This document shows, one piece after another, positions 29,390-38,254 of a DNA stretch of 64,000 bases. The position numbers and the translations under genes were made by a program. The notes beneath the pieces were generated by a model. The model worked only from the letters and a program-made list of their open reading frames with translations, searched no databases and had not been told where the DNA came from. The DNA is from a virus: the IMG/VR virus record IMGVR_UViG_3300049434_000014, positions 1 through 64,000 of that record; one strand, given 5' to 3'. The stretch's first letter is position 1, and each line of letters starts with the position of its first letter.

Positions 29390-29455
29390 TTGCAAGGTGT
29401 GCAGGGTCATGGTACGGTTCTTCTACAAGGTCAATGAACACCCGATCAAGGGAGC
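29390..29455 (+). promoter_or_regulatory. early promoter plus conserved leader/RBS
   Basis: TTGCAA-17-TACGGT; CTACAAG; CACCCGATCAAGGGAGC. Confidence 0.8.
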
Positions 29456-29460
29456 AAGTC

Positions 29461-30090
29461 ATGCCACATGCAGTGCGTCGCACCGTAGTCGCCAAGGACT
29501 TACAAGACGGTGATCTCATCGGAACGGTTGATGGTTCTGATAATCACTTGCTGTGTGGTTCTATGATTGACGGTCGTGTGAGTGATAAAACCAAGTTGGC
29601 TCACTTTCAGGTTCGCGGCTGGCCCAAGGTTATGACGCTTCCGCGCACCACTCCTGTTCTCGTTTCTCGCATGGAGCCCACCGACGAAGAGAGAGCTGTC
29701 GAGCGTCGTTCGTACATGCTTTCTTCTATCGTTTCGATGATTGCTACTGCTGAGCCTGAAATGGATTCGGCTCGTGAGAAGTTGCTAGCTGACTTGAAGT
29801 ATCGTCCAGACTATCACTACAACGCTTACGAGGATTTCATCGAGGCTCAGGTGCGTTTCACTCTTTGGGAAGACGTGAGGAAGACTGCGCTGGGAATCGC
29901 GGAACGCGATAGTGCGGAACCTGACTACATCGCGGCTACGAGGATCGTTCGTGATGAGGTGCTGGAGACTTTGGTTGAGGCTCGCCACGCGTCTCGGAGC
30001 ACATCGGTGATGATCAATGCCACTGAAGACGTGATTCTCGAGGCAAAGAGTCGCTGGCTTCGTCGCCTGAAGTACACGCTAGCTGACTGA
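29461..30090 (+). CDS. hypothetical early protein
   Basis: ATG after conserved leader. Confidence 0.7.
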   Translation: MPHAVRRTVVAKDLQDGDLIGTVDGSDNHLLCGSMIDGRVSDKTKLAHFQVRGWPKVMTLPRTTPVLVSRMEPTDEERAVERRSYMLSSIVSMIATAEPEMDSAREKLLADLKYRPDYHYNAYEDFIEAQVRFTLWEDVRKTALGIAERDSAEPDYIAATRIVRDEVLETLVEARHASRSTSVMINATEDVILEAKSRWLRRLKYTLAD

Positions 30091-30094
30091 TCTT

Positions 30095-30138
30095 GTGACC
30101 GCTCCGAGCCTTTCGCGGGCGAGTCTCGGAGCGGTCAC
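30095..30138 (+). terminator. hairpin terminator
   Basis: GTGACCGCTCCGAG...CTCGGAGCGGTCAC. Confidence 0.7.
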
Positions 30139-30155
30139 TTCCCCCGGAGGTTGTG

Positions 30156-30242
30156 ATGATGTTTGTTTACGGTCTTTTGACAGGTGGCGTTAGCATTCTC
30201 GTATTGGATTTGTTGATGGACAAATACTTTGGAGGATGGTGA
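30156..30242 (+). CDS. 28-aa membrane peptide
   Basis: GGAGG RBS; TGATG-coupled to next ORF. Confidence 0.5.
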   Translation: MMFVYGLLTGGVSILVLDLLMDKYFGGW

Positions 30243-30319
30243 TGATTTGGATCGCTTACAGTTTGGTGTCATTTGTTGCACTGTCTTTAACGATAGAGAT
30301 TTTTAGAAGGTGGTTTTGA
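30242..30319 (+). CDS. 25-aa membrane peptide
   Basis: GGAGG upstream; TGATG coupling at both ends. Confidence 0.5.
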   Translation: MIWIAYSLVSFVALSLTIEIFRRWF

Positions 30320-30564
30320 TGGCTGAGTTAAGTTTGGATGACGACATAGAGCGCGAGTATGCTATATGGGTTCGGCAGTCTATCGGTAGTGGGTGGAGCC
30401 GGTTTTCACGGTTTTCTGTTGACTTCAATTACTTACGGGAAATCTTGATCCGCATGGCAACGGAGAGTCCTAATGTTGACTGGGCGATCCTGTTTGGACC
30501 TAAGGCTTCAGATGGTCTTTACCCCGACACCACGATGGCCGTGATTCCGGCGTTGCACGGGTAG
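30319..30564 (+). CDS. hypothetical protein
   Basis: TGATG coupling; ends at motif TAG. Confidence 0.55.
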   Translation: MAELSLDDDIEREYAIWVRQSIGSGWSRFSRFSVDFNYLREILIRMATESPNVDWAILFGPKASDGLYPDTTMAVIPALHG

Positions 30565-30572
30565 GACTGATC

Positions 30573-30712
30573 ACAACTAAATCTTGACAGCGACCGAGGG
30601 TACTGTGGCGGCTCCCCTCGATCACGCTGTCAGCGCTGGGCAGGACGCGTCGCGAAGTGTCCAGCACTGAGGGTGGTCTGAGCCTTGATCGGTCAGGTTC
30701 AGACCACCCTCT
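30573..30712 (+). ncRNA. putative three-hairpin small RNA
   Basis: Begins 11 nt after motif T (30562); three consecutive stems; no plausible + strand ORF. Confidence 0.5.
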
Positions 30713-30733
30713 CAAAATTCATGGTCTGCAGGG

Positions 30734-30801
30734 TTGCGATGTCTTGTACGTGCATGGTATAGTTCTACTACAAGTTCAAGGAATCACCCGATAAAGGGAG
30801 C
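30734..30801 (+). promoter_or_regulatory. early promoter plus conserved leader/RBS
   Basis: TTGCGA-18-TATAGT; CTACTACAAGTTCA; CACCCGATAAAGGGAGC. Confidence 0.8.
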
Positions 30802-30806
30802 CAGTC

Positions 30807-31364
30807 ATGCGCACCACCGCACTCGCCAGGAACACCGCCACCCCCGCTCAGAATGACTACGTCAAGAACTTGCTTGCTCGCCTGGATGCTGTGAACGCCA
30901 GGCTCGACGCGAGCCAACGTGATGGTCTCGGTCTTCGTGAAGAGTTCCGTGGTGTGTGGATGCGGGGGAACTTCAGCCGTCAGTTTGCTTCGCAGACGAT
31001 CGCTGAGTTGCTCGCTCTGGTTTCCTCGCTCGAGGGCAAGGTTGCTAAGCCTGCTGTCGCGATCTCTGTCCCTGATGGCCGCTACGCGGTCCGTACGGAC
31101 GCCGAGGATGAGCACTACGCCTTCTACCGCGTGTGGAATGGTGACCGGGCGACGCTGGTCTTCTTGATGGTCTCGGATAACGAGATGCGGGTTAGCCGCG
31201 ACATGGCTCGCACGATCCTTGCCAAGATCGATTCTGTTGGTTCTCTGGAAGCTGCCAAGGCTTACGGGCGCGAGATCGGCGTCTGTGGTGTCTGTAACAG
31301 GACGCTTACGAATCCTGATTCGATCAATGCTGGTATTGGTCCTGTTTGCGCTGGCAAGTTCTGA
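30807..31364 (+). CDS. DUF6011-like protein
   Basis: C-terminal CGVCNRTLTNPDSINAGIGPVC. Confidence 0.75.
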   Translation: MRTTALARNTATPAQNDYVKNLLARLDAVNARLDASQRDGLGLREEFRGVWMRGNFSRQFASQTIAELLALVSSLEGKVAKPAVAISVPDGRYAVRTDAEDEHYAFYRVWNGDRATLVFLMVSDNEMRVSRDMARTILAKIDSVGSLEAAKAYGREIGVCGVCNRTLTNPDSINAGIGPVCAGKF

Positions 31365-31373
31365 TCGGTTGGT

Positions 31374-31401
31374 AGGTGGCTCACCACGCCGGGGGCCACC
31401 T
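31374..31401 (+). terminator. hairpin terminator
   Basis: AGGTGGCTC...GGGCCACCT. Confidence 0.55.
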
Positions 31402-31420
31402 CCCTTTCGGAGGGGTTGTT

Positions 31421-31495
31421 ATGATTCATTACTGGCCTACGATTGCGTTCATTATTTTACTGGCGATCCTTTCTCTCTGGAGACGCTTCGGGTAG
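31421..31495 (+). CDS. 24-aa membrane peptide
   Basis: GGAGG RBS; MIHYWPTIAFIILLAILSLWRRFG; stop is motif TAG. Confidence 0.5.
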   Translation: MIHYWPTIAFIILLAILSLWRRFG

Positions 31496-31527
31496 GACTT
31501 GTCAAGTTCTGATCTGTGATATGAGGA

Positions 31528-32019
31528 GTGTGTGTTGTGTTTACAGAGTTGCCTCACGTTTTTCTAGGTGGAGAGTGTGGTAAGTCTACGTACCGACAAA
31601 GAATTGCTATCCCACGACTTAGGGAAGCGGGCATTACGTTTTTCAATCCTCAGGTTGCTGTAGGAGACTGGCACCACGGATTGATCGAGCTTGAGGCCGT
31701 TGCCAAAGACAATGCTGTTCAGATCTTGATTGTCATTGGTGGCGCCACTCGCGCTGGCGCTTCTATCCTCGAGGCTGAGGAATATGTTTGTTACGGGAGC
31801 TTTGTACATCTCGTAATAGATAACATGCCTGACGGAACTGTCATTGATGGGCACGTTATTACTGGACGTGAGTTGGAAGACGTTAACAGAATGCGTGAGT
31901 ACTTGCGTAGTGTGGTTAAGCGACGTCGTCCTCACCTTCCTATTCACAATACTGTTGATGATGCTGTTACTGCCATCATTAAGATTGCGGCTGCGTATGG
32001 GTTTGGAGGTGGGTCATGA
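31528..32019 (+). CDS. nucleoside 2-deoxyribosyltransferase-like protein
   Basis: VFLGG.C..ST.R..IAIP.L...GITFFNPQV..W....IE.E. Confidence 0.7.
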   Translation: MCVVFTELPHVFLGGECGKSTYRQRIAIPRLREAGITFFNPQVAVGDWHHGLIELEAVAKDNAVQILIVIGGATRAGASILEAEEYVCYGSFVHLVIDNMPDGTVIDGHVITGRELEDVNRMREYLRSVVKRRRPHLPIHNTVDDAVTAIIKIAAAYGFGGGS

Positions 32020-32345
32020 CAAAGGTTTGGCAGATGCCTGATGGCACGGTGCGTGTTCTCTACGCTCCTGAAGATGAAGAGATCGCTCGCGCTGAGCGCG
32101 CGGGTGGCGTTGAGATGAGGGCGGTCCGTCCAGCTCGCCCAGCGCGGGAATTTCTCAAGGCGTTGGGCCACAGCGATGCGGACATGGCGCTCGCCATCCG
32201 GGCTGGCGTTCGTGCTGAGGACTTCAACGTCTCGCCTGGCACGCGACGAGCCTTCGAAGACTGCTTCGTTTTGTATCGGGCTTATCACCGGGCGTTCTCG
32301 GACTTCTGGTCTATCGCCAACGCTGCGCATACGGATGACAGGTAG
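32016..32345 (+). CDS. hypothetical protein
   Basis: GGAGG RBS, ATGA overlap. Confidence 0.6.
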   Translation: MTKVWQMPDGTVRVLYAPEDEEIARAERAGGVEMRAVRPARPAREFLKALGHSDADMALAIRAGVRAEDFNVSPGTRRAFEDCFVLYRAYHRAFSDFWSIANAAHTDDR

Positions 32346-32354
32346 AATTATAGT

Positions 32355-32418
32355 TTGACGTGCTTGCAGGGTCATGGTACGGTTCTACTACAAGTTCAGC
32401 CAACCCGATCAAGGGAGC
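32355..32418 (+). promoter_or_regulatory. early promoter plus conserved leader/RBS
   Basis: TTGACG-17-TACGGT; CTACTACAAGTTCA; AACCCGATCAAGGGAGC. Confidence 0.85.
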
Positions 32419-32423
32419 CTCAA

Positions 32424-32969
32424 ATGTCAGTCACGTTCGCACCCCAGTACTTTGATGGTGACGTCGCTGGCTACGAGGTTATCTGTGATGGTTGTGTTGT
32501 CGCGGAGGCGGATTCCTACGTCGAGGCCAAGCGGTTTGCTGGCTTGCACGAGAAGGTTTGCCGTGGAGAGTGTGTCGGCGTCGGGCCGGAGATTCGTGAG
32601 ATCACTGACGTTCCGTCTGTGAATCTGAACAACTCTAATGCGCACTTCATTCTTGACTTGCTCGGTTCGCTCCCTGAGGGCGATGACGGGTTGGATCGTG
32701 GTCCGTTTGATTGTGGCGACATGTCCGGCGAGTGCTCTGCCGAGAGTTTCCTAGGTCGGGTACTGTTGGCTCAGGCTTTGGGTGGCTCAGATGTGGGCAG
32801 GCCAGCTTCTGTGCTGGATCAGGATTCTGAGCTGCGTCCAGGTTGGGTGGGCGGTGCGCGGGTGATCGATTGTGGTCGGCCTGAGGGCTATGCCGACGAG
32901 CGGTTGGCTCAGCTGGCTGTGGTTGCGGAGTGGGCCATGCGTGCGGGACGCTCTGTTACGTGGGCTTAG
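32424..32969 (+). CDS. hypothetical early protein
   Basis: ATG after conserved leader. Confidence 0.7.
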   Translation: MSVTFAPQYFDGDVAGYEVICDGCVVAEADSYVEAKRFAGLHEKVCRGECVGVGPEIREITDVPSVNLNNSNAHFILDLLGSLPEGDDGLDRGPFDCGDMSGECSAESFLGRVLLAQALGGSDVGRPASVLDQDSELRPGWVGGARVIDCGRPEGYADERLAQLAVVAEWAMRAGRSVTWA

Positions 32970-33024
32970 TTGGGTATGACCAACTAGAGACTATTTTTTA
33001 CTCCCCTTGGAGGGGTGATTCGCT

Positions 33025-33834
33025 ATGTCCAGATCGACAGTTTTAGATCCTGCCAAGCGTGTGATGATGGTTCTGCTTTCCATCGCGATGATGCTTGGCG
33101 TTGGCGCTTCACTGGCTTCGTGCTCGAGCGACGATGATGCACAGACTGTTGCTCCGTCTGCGTTTGTTTCCCCAGCTGACGGTAAGACTTACTGTCGTTG
33201 GGTAAATATCCGCAGTGAGTGTGAGGGTTCTCCGTATCCGGCAGCGGTTTATCCAATGCCGCAGGATCAGCCGGTCCGCGATCCTGGTATGTCTGCTATG
33301 GACTTCCTGGTACTGAATGCTTTGTTCCAGGATAGTTTGATGTATCATTCCTACTACTACCGTCCGTGGTATTACAATAATTACATTGGTCCGGCGTGGT
33401 CTCGCCACCCGGGTTATGTCGAGTATGGTTATGGACATCGTCCAGTCACTCGAATCACCACGGTGAACAATTACAACACCACGATCAATCACGTTAATAC
33501 GAAGTATGGGTCACAGGAAAGGTCTGCCGAATCTAAGGCTGTTTACAAGACTGCCAACGGCAAGACGTATAAGGGAAATACGGTTCCCTCTAATGCTTTC
33601 AAGGGTACCAACGTTCCTGTCAACTCTCCTGCAGCTAAGAATGCTCCAACCAAGGCGACTACGCCTTCTAATACGACTCCTTCTGGGAAGAAGATTAACA
33701 GCGGTTCCAGTACTCCCTCAGGCAAGTCGTATTCAGGTTCTAGTTCGTCTAGTCGTTCCAGCGGTTCTAGTTCGTCTAGCAGCTCTAGTCGTTCCAGCGG
33801 CGGTTCTAGTTCGTCGTCTCGGTCAGGGAAGTAG
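33025..33834 (+). CDS. lipoprotein with Ser/Gly-rich disordered C-terminus
   Basis: Lipobox LASC; Tyr-rich middle; SSSSRSSG repeats. Confidence 0.7.
   Translation: MSRSTVLDPAKRVMMVLLSIAMMLGVGASLASCSSDDDAQTVAPSAFVSPADGKTYCRWVNIRSECEGSPYPAAVYPMPQDQPVRDPGMSAMDFLVLNALFQDSLMYHSYYYRPWYYNNYIGPAWSRHPGYVEYGYGHRPVTRITTVNNYNTTINHVNTKYGSQERSAESKAVYKTANGKTYKGNTVPSNAFKGTNVPVNSPAAKNAPTKATTPSNTTPSGKKINSGSSTPSGKSYSGSSSSSRSSGSSSSSSSSRSSGGSSSSSRSGK
33738..33820 (+). repeat. coding tandem repeats (TCTAGTTCGTC x3, AGTCGTTCCAGCGG x2)
   Basis: Directly visible; encodes Ser-rich tail. Confidence 0.7.
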
Positions 33835-33839
33835 CCGTC

Positions 33840-34376
33840 ATGGCTCTGCCATATTCGATCTGTGGGTTGCTTGCTGAAGAGGGTGTCGAACCCTACGCCT
33901 GGCAGACAGGATTCTATTGGCAAGATTTGGTTGAGCCTGATCCTGCGGTTGCTGTGGAGTTTGTTGAGCACGAGATGGACAGGGAAGGTTTGGATGTTGG
34001 CCACACGTTAGTCACCTTCCTTGCCGCTCGTGTGCATTCTGGAAACATACAAAGATGTGATGGCATTCCTAATGCCGACTTCGAGGTGGATGGAGACGAG
34101 GAGTTTCGTCTCCATCCCGAGCCGTCCCTTCACACTGTGTGCGGGATGATTTATCCCACGGGTAAGCCTTATTGCGATTTGTGGATGTCACATGGGCCAC
34201 GTGTCGCTTACGTTGATGCTTGGCAGTGCATTCGAGATGAAGGACAAACGTTGTTAGTCGCTTGTGTACATACTGGCGACGAGACTGAAGATGGCTTACA
34301 GTTTGATTTCGCTCTGCCTGCAATCAAGAATGCAGACGAGATGGAGCAGGTTCTTAAGGAGATATGGACGCCATGA
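33840..34376 (+). CDS. hypothetical protein with internal duplication
   Basis: YSICG..PY..VHSG and HTVCG..PY..VHTG halves. Confidence 0.6.
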   Translation: MALPYSICGLLAEEGVEPYAWQTGFYWQDLVEPDPAVAVEFVEHEMDREGLDVGHTLVTFLAARVHSGNIQRCDGIPNADFEVDGDEEFRLHPEPSLHTVCGMIYPTGKPYCDLWMSHGPRVAYVDAWQCIRDEGQTLLVACVHTGDETEDGLQFDFALPAIKNADEMEQVLKEIWTP

Positions 34377-34585
34377 TTTCTGCAACTACACCTAAGACCA
34401 AGTCTCTTGCTGAGACACGACAAATGGTTTCTTTCATGTTTGTTGTTTCGATGGTTGGTTTCTTTATTCTTGGCGTTTGTGCTTTCTTGAAATCAGATGC
34501 ATGGGCTTTGGTTATGTTGGGTTCGGCATCCATGATTGCTTTGTGTTTCGGGTTGCTCATCTGGGCTCAGGACACGCTCAAGTAA
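34373..34585 (+). CDS. small membrane protein
   Basis: Two TM helices. Confidence 0.6.
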   Translation: MISATTPKTKSLAETRQMVSFMFVVSMVGFFILGVCAFLKSDAWALVMLGSASMIALCFGLLIWAQDTLK

Positions 34586-34604
34586 AGATTCATGGTCTGA
34601 TGAC

Positions 34605-34670
34605 TTGACCTGTTTGCATGGTCATGGTATGGTTCTACTACAAGTTCACGAACCACCCGATCAAGGGAGC
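34605..34670 (+). promoter_or_regulatory. early promoter plus conserved leader/RBS
   Basis: TTGACC-17-TATGGT; CTACTACAAGTTCA; CACCCGATCAAGGGAGC. Confidence 0.85.
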
Positions 34671-34677
34671 AGGAATC

Positions 34678-35658
34678 ATGGCCAGTCGTACCGCCACTCG
34701 CAAGCCGCGTCAGACTGACGAGGAGCGCGATGCGAAGGTTGCCGCACTGAAGGCTCAGCTGGACGAGACGGTTGCCTCGCTCGACAGCGAGGAGCGGTGG
34801 GAAGAAATGCTCCGCACCGTGGCTCAGTTCGGGACTAAGTATTCCTGGGGTAACCAGCTTCTGATCATGGCTCAGGCCGCTCAGCGCAACTTCGATCCCC
34901 AGCTGGTCATGGGGTTCAGTGCCTGGAAAGCCAAGGGTCGGATGGTTATCAAGGGCCAGACTGGAATCAAGATCTGGGCTCCTAACTTCCGCTACCCGAC
35001 CGAGGCTGAGATCGCTCGCGCCGCCGCTGAGGGCAAGCCGGTGCGTCGCGACTCTGAGGGTCGCCCAGCGAAGATCCTGGTTGGCTATCGCATTGAGCAC
35101 GTCTTCGATGTCTGCCAGACGGAGGGTGCTGAGGTTGAGATCCCGGCTCCCGTCATTGAGCGGATCCGCATCCGGGTGAGTGGTCCTTCCCCTGAGTTGC
35201 TGACTGGTGACGATGTCTCGGGTGCGTGGGATGCGGTGCAGGGCCTCATTGAGGCGCACGGCTACCGGGTCGAGCGCGGCTCGTGTGTCGGTGCGAACGG
35301 CTACACCGATCCTCGCACGATGGTTGTCAAGGTCCGTGACGATGTCTCTCCTGCTCAGGCGTTGAAGACCTTGATTCATGAGCTGGCGCACATTGAGTGC
35401 CTGCACGTTGAGGACATGACGTCCTACCTGCTCCACCAGGGTCGCCAGGAAACCGAGGCTGAGTCGGTTGCGTACGTTGTCTGCGGTGCGTTAGGACTCG
35501 ACTCAGGGGCCTACTCGGCCCCTTACGTGCGGGGATGGTCGAACGGTGATGCCACCGTGCTGGCCGCTGCAGCTGAGCTTGTGATCCGCTCTGCGGGTCG
35601 GATCCTTAAGGGCCTCGAGGCTGCTGGCGTCGAGGAGCGCGAGCTAGTCGCTGCCTGA
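34678..35658 (+). CDS. ArdC-like protein (ssDNA-binding N-domain plus zincin-like domain)
   Basis: YSWGNQLLI, GF..WK..GR.V.KG, VFDV.QT.G; HELAH...EAESVAY. Confidence 0.8.
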   Translation: MASRTATRKPRQTDEERDAKVAALKAQLDETVASLDSEERWEEMLRTVAQFGTKYSWGNQLLIMAQAAQRNFDPQLVMGFSAWKAKGRMVIKGQTGIKIWAPNFRYPTEAEIARAAAEGKPVRRDSEGRPAKILVGYRIEHVFDVCQTEGAEVEIPAPVIERIRIRVSGPSPELLTGDDVSGAWDAVQGLIEAHGYRVERGSCVGANGYTDPRTMVVKVRDDVSPAQALKTLIHELAHIECLHVEDMTSYLLHQGRQETEAESVAYVVCGALGLDSGAYSAPYVRGWSNGDATVLAAAAELVIRSAGRILKGLEAAGVEERELVAA

Positions 35659-35674
35659 CCGGTAGGACTGAAGT

Positions 35675-35713
35675 GGAGGATCCCAGCTCTCGACGCGGGC
35701 GCTGGGATCCTCC
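35675..35713 (+). terminator. hairpin
   Basis: GGAGGATCCCAGC...GCTGGGATCCTCC. Confidence 0.65.
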
Positions 35714-35728
35714 CTCCAATTTACCTAC

Positions 35729-35794
35729 TTGTATGGTTTGCAGGGTTATGGTAGTGTTTCATTACAAGGTCAAGTTACACCCGATCAAGGGAGC
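35729..35794 (+). promoter_or_regulatory. early promoter plus conserved leader/RBS
   Basis: TTGTAT-17-TAGTGT; TACAAG; CACCCGATCAAGGGAGC. Confidence 0.75.
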
Positions 35795-35799
35795 GTTCG

Positions 35800-36003
35800 A
35801 TGTATGAGGCGACAGGCAATATGAACAATGTAGCCGCTCTGTCTGAGGCTGAGCTGGCCATCGAGCTGGCGGGAGCCAAGGCTCGATTGAAGTGGGCTCG
35901 CGAGAATCGCATCCCTCAGTCGTCGGACTTCTATTACATGGCCAAGACCGGAATTCGTATTTTCAGTGACGAGACGCGTGCGCGTAGTTTGGTCGGTGTG
36001 TGA
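35800..36003 (+). CDS. hypothetical early protein
   Basis: ATG after conserved leader. Confidence 0.65.
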   Translation: MYEATGNMNNVAALSEAELAIELAGAKARLKWARENRIPQSSDFYYMAKTGIRIFSDETRARSLVGV

Positions 36004-36953
36004 TGGGTAAGCCTCGCCCGATCGATACTTTCAGACATGAGTTGACAAGTGCTATTGCTGAGCAGTTCGAATCGCTTTCGCATCCTGTTGACCGTGAGGT
36101 GCTTAAGGGTGTTATTCGACGCATCACTGATGCTTGGCGTGTGGAACGGGAAGATTCTATGTCTTCCATTCCTGGCGAAGAGGGTAAAGTCTGGGGATAC
36201 GAGTTTGAGGTCACGCTGCCGTGGCGTCCTGAGTCTGAGCAAGAGACTGAGGCTCGTGAGGCCCGCTGGGCGGCTATGGTTTGGGATCCTGAGGATGGGC
36301 CTCCTATGCCGGGTGTGACGATGCTTCAGTTGCTACGTCAAGATACGTGGTGGATGTATCATCCGAAGCCTTACTGGGAGGGTTCGTCTCCCTTGCTGTC
36401 TGTGCGTGTTGAAAACATGACGCATTCTCATCGGATGGCTGTATTGGCGTGGCTGCGCTCTCGCGCGAATGAGTTGCACGCTCAGGTTGCTGGCGAGTTG
36501 TTGGGTGCTCCCGATGACGTGTGGTCGTCTTACGATGTGGAGCTTCCGGAGGAATGGCTCGAAGAGCAAGAGCTTGTTTGGGCTTTGGATCGCTGGACCA
36601 CTCCGTGGGCTGAGTCTCCATTGACGTGGAAGCCAATTACTGAGGCTCCGTGTGATGGCACCGTTATTATGGCTGCGGATATGCAGGCTAACGATGCATT
36701 TCGTATAAAGTGGGATTCATACTGGCGTGGATGGATCATTGTTGATGATGGTCCTCTGTACGGTACTCCACCTTCTTGTGTTATCTATAGGTGGCGTGAT
36801 CTTCGTGAGGATGAGAAACCTGCTCCTGTTCTCGCTTGCGAGCATTACGGATATGATGAGACTGATTGTGGTTCATGTGGAGCTGTTTGGTATCCGTGCG
36901 ATCACGGCGGTGTGCATGGTTCCGCTGAGTGTTCTGCTTGTGATCAGGAATAG
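36000..36953 (+). CDS. hypothetical Trp-rich protein with C-terminal Cys motifs
   Basis: Long ORF overlapping upstream stop. Confidence 0.65.
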   Translation: MMGKPRPIDTFRHELTSAIAEQFESLSHPVDREVLKGVIRRITDAWRVEREDSMSSIPGEEGKVWGYEFEVTLPWRPESEQETEAREARWAAMVWDPEDGPPMPGVTMLQLLRQDTWWMYHPKPYWEGSSPLLSVRVENMTHSHRMAVLAWLRSRANELHAQVAGELLGAPDDVWSSYDVELPEEWLEEQELVWALDRWTTPWAESPLTWKPITEAPCDGTVIMAADMQANDAFRIKWDSYWRGWIIVDDGPLYGTPPSCVIYRWRDLREDEKPAPVLACEHYGYDETDCGSCGAVWYPCDHGGVHGSAECSACDQE

Positions 36954-37069
36954 ACGATGTTTGATTGGCTGTTCATAGAGATACCGTGGTGGTGGCTAAT
37001 CATCGCAGGTTTGGGCAGTTGGGTGGTCGGAGCTGTACTCACTTTTTGTTTATTCACGAGGCGGTAGAA

Positions 37070-37390
37070 ATGCCTAGGACCGTAGACGGGATTGTCGAGG
37101 CTCATCGCATTGCGGGTCAGCGTCGTGCGGAGGGTCGTCGGGTATGGGATCTGACGCTGGATGTGTCGGTGTGGTGGGGCAATGAGGAGATGTCTTTCGA
37201 GCAGCGTCGAGACGCGATTGTTCGGAAGATTCGTAAGTCTTCGTGGCCAAAGCACAATGAAGAGGTTGATGAGCTATTGGACGAGCTTTCCGAGGTGGAA
37301 ACCGAAGAGGCGTTTAATAAGGTTTGGGATGATCTGTATGACATCGCAGATCTTGATTCGGAGTATCGTGTTTGGATTAGGGTTCGGTAG
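37070..37390 (+). CDS. hypothetical protein
   Basis: GAGG RBS; ends at motif TAG. Confidence 0.6.
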   Translation: MPRTVDGIVEAHRIAGQRRAEGRRVWDLTLDVSVWWGNEEMSFEQRRDAIVRKIRKSSWPKHNEEVDELLDELSEVETEEAFNKVWDDLYDIADLDSEYRVWIRVR

Positions 37391-37398
37391 GATTGGTC

Positions 37399-37800
37399 AT
37401 GGGATATAACAGTCGGTTACGCGGACGGATTGAGATCGATCCTCCGTTGACGTGGTCCGAGGTTCTTGACACGGGATTTGATCCTGAGCGCGCGGAGCAG
37501 GATGATAGACTGATTATGATTGAGGTCGAGACTGAGACTCACGATGTTGAGGAAGGTATCCTTACGTTGAAGAGAGGGGTTGCCATTGTTCCAATCACAG
37601 ATGAAGATTTGCGAGCTTACTCTTTTGATGTCGATCTTAAGGGTTTGATTGAGCATCCTGTGTTTCATACTCACACGCTGTCCGGCTGTATAGTCCGGAT
37701 AGGTGAAAACCAGGGAGACGTGGAGCGGATTAATAGTCTTGGCTGGTCTGAGAAAGCTAAGCTTCGCTGGCCGGACGGCACCCTGGTAGAGGACTTCTAA
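37399..37800 (+). CDS. hypothetical actinophage protein
   Basis: MGY....G.I.I.PPL.W.E pattern; start 11 nt after motif. Confidence 0.65.
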   Translation: MGYNSRLRGRIEIDPPLTWSEVLDTGFDPERAEQDDRLIMIEVETETHDVEEGILTLKRGVAIVPITDEDLRAYSFDVDLKGLIEHPVFHTHTLSGCIVRIGENQGDVERINSLGWSEKAKLRWPDGTLVEDF

Positions 37801-37837
37801 CCATCCGAATACCTCCTATGAGATAAGGGGAGGTACG

Positions 37838-38254
37838 ATGGCAGGCTGTTCTCTCAATAAGAGTAGCAAGCATAATTGGATTGAGAATGAGGGCGGTCTG
37901 CCGGAATACATTTGTGAGATAGCTCGCGCTATCGCACGTGGTGGTAAGGATTTGGAGTCTGCGATTCCCATTGCTATCTCACGATGTAAGGTGTGGGCAT
38001 CCGGTAAGGGTGTGAACAAAAAGACTCAGGCTAAGGCTGCGGGCGCCGTGGCTGAGTGGGAGAGAAAGAAAGCCTCCGCGAAGGCTAAGAAGACTTCGAA
38101 GGTCGCTGCTTCTGTGATCGATCTGTCTGAGGTCGAAGACGAGAAGCTATCGAGGGGTGAAGAGGTTTTGCTGGTGCTGTCTGTACGGGGCTACGATCCC
38201 CATCCTGGGCTTGTGCGAGTGCTGGCGCGGGTTGGTGGGAGGTCTGGTGTCTGA
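37838..38254 (+). CDS. hypothetical protein
   Basis: GGGGAGG RBS; NWIE..GGLP.YI motif. Confidence 0.65.
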   Translation: MAGCSLNKSSKHNWIENEGGLPEYICEIARAIARGGKDLESAIPIAISRCKVWASGKGVNKKTQAKAAGAVAEWERKKASAKAKKTSKVAASVIDLSEVEDEKLSRGEEVLLVLSVRGYDPHPGLVRVLARVGGRSGV

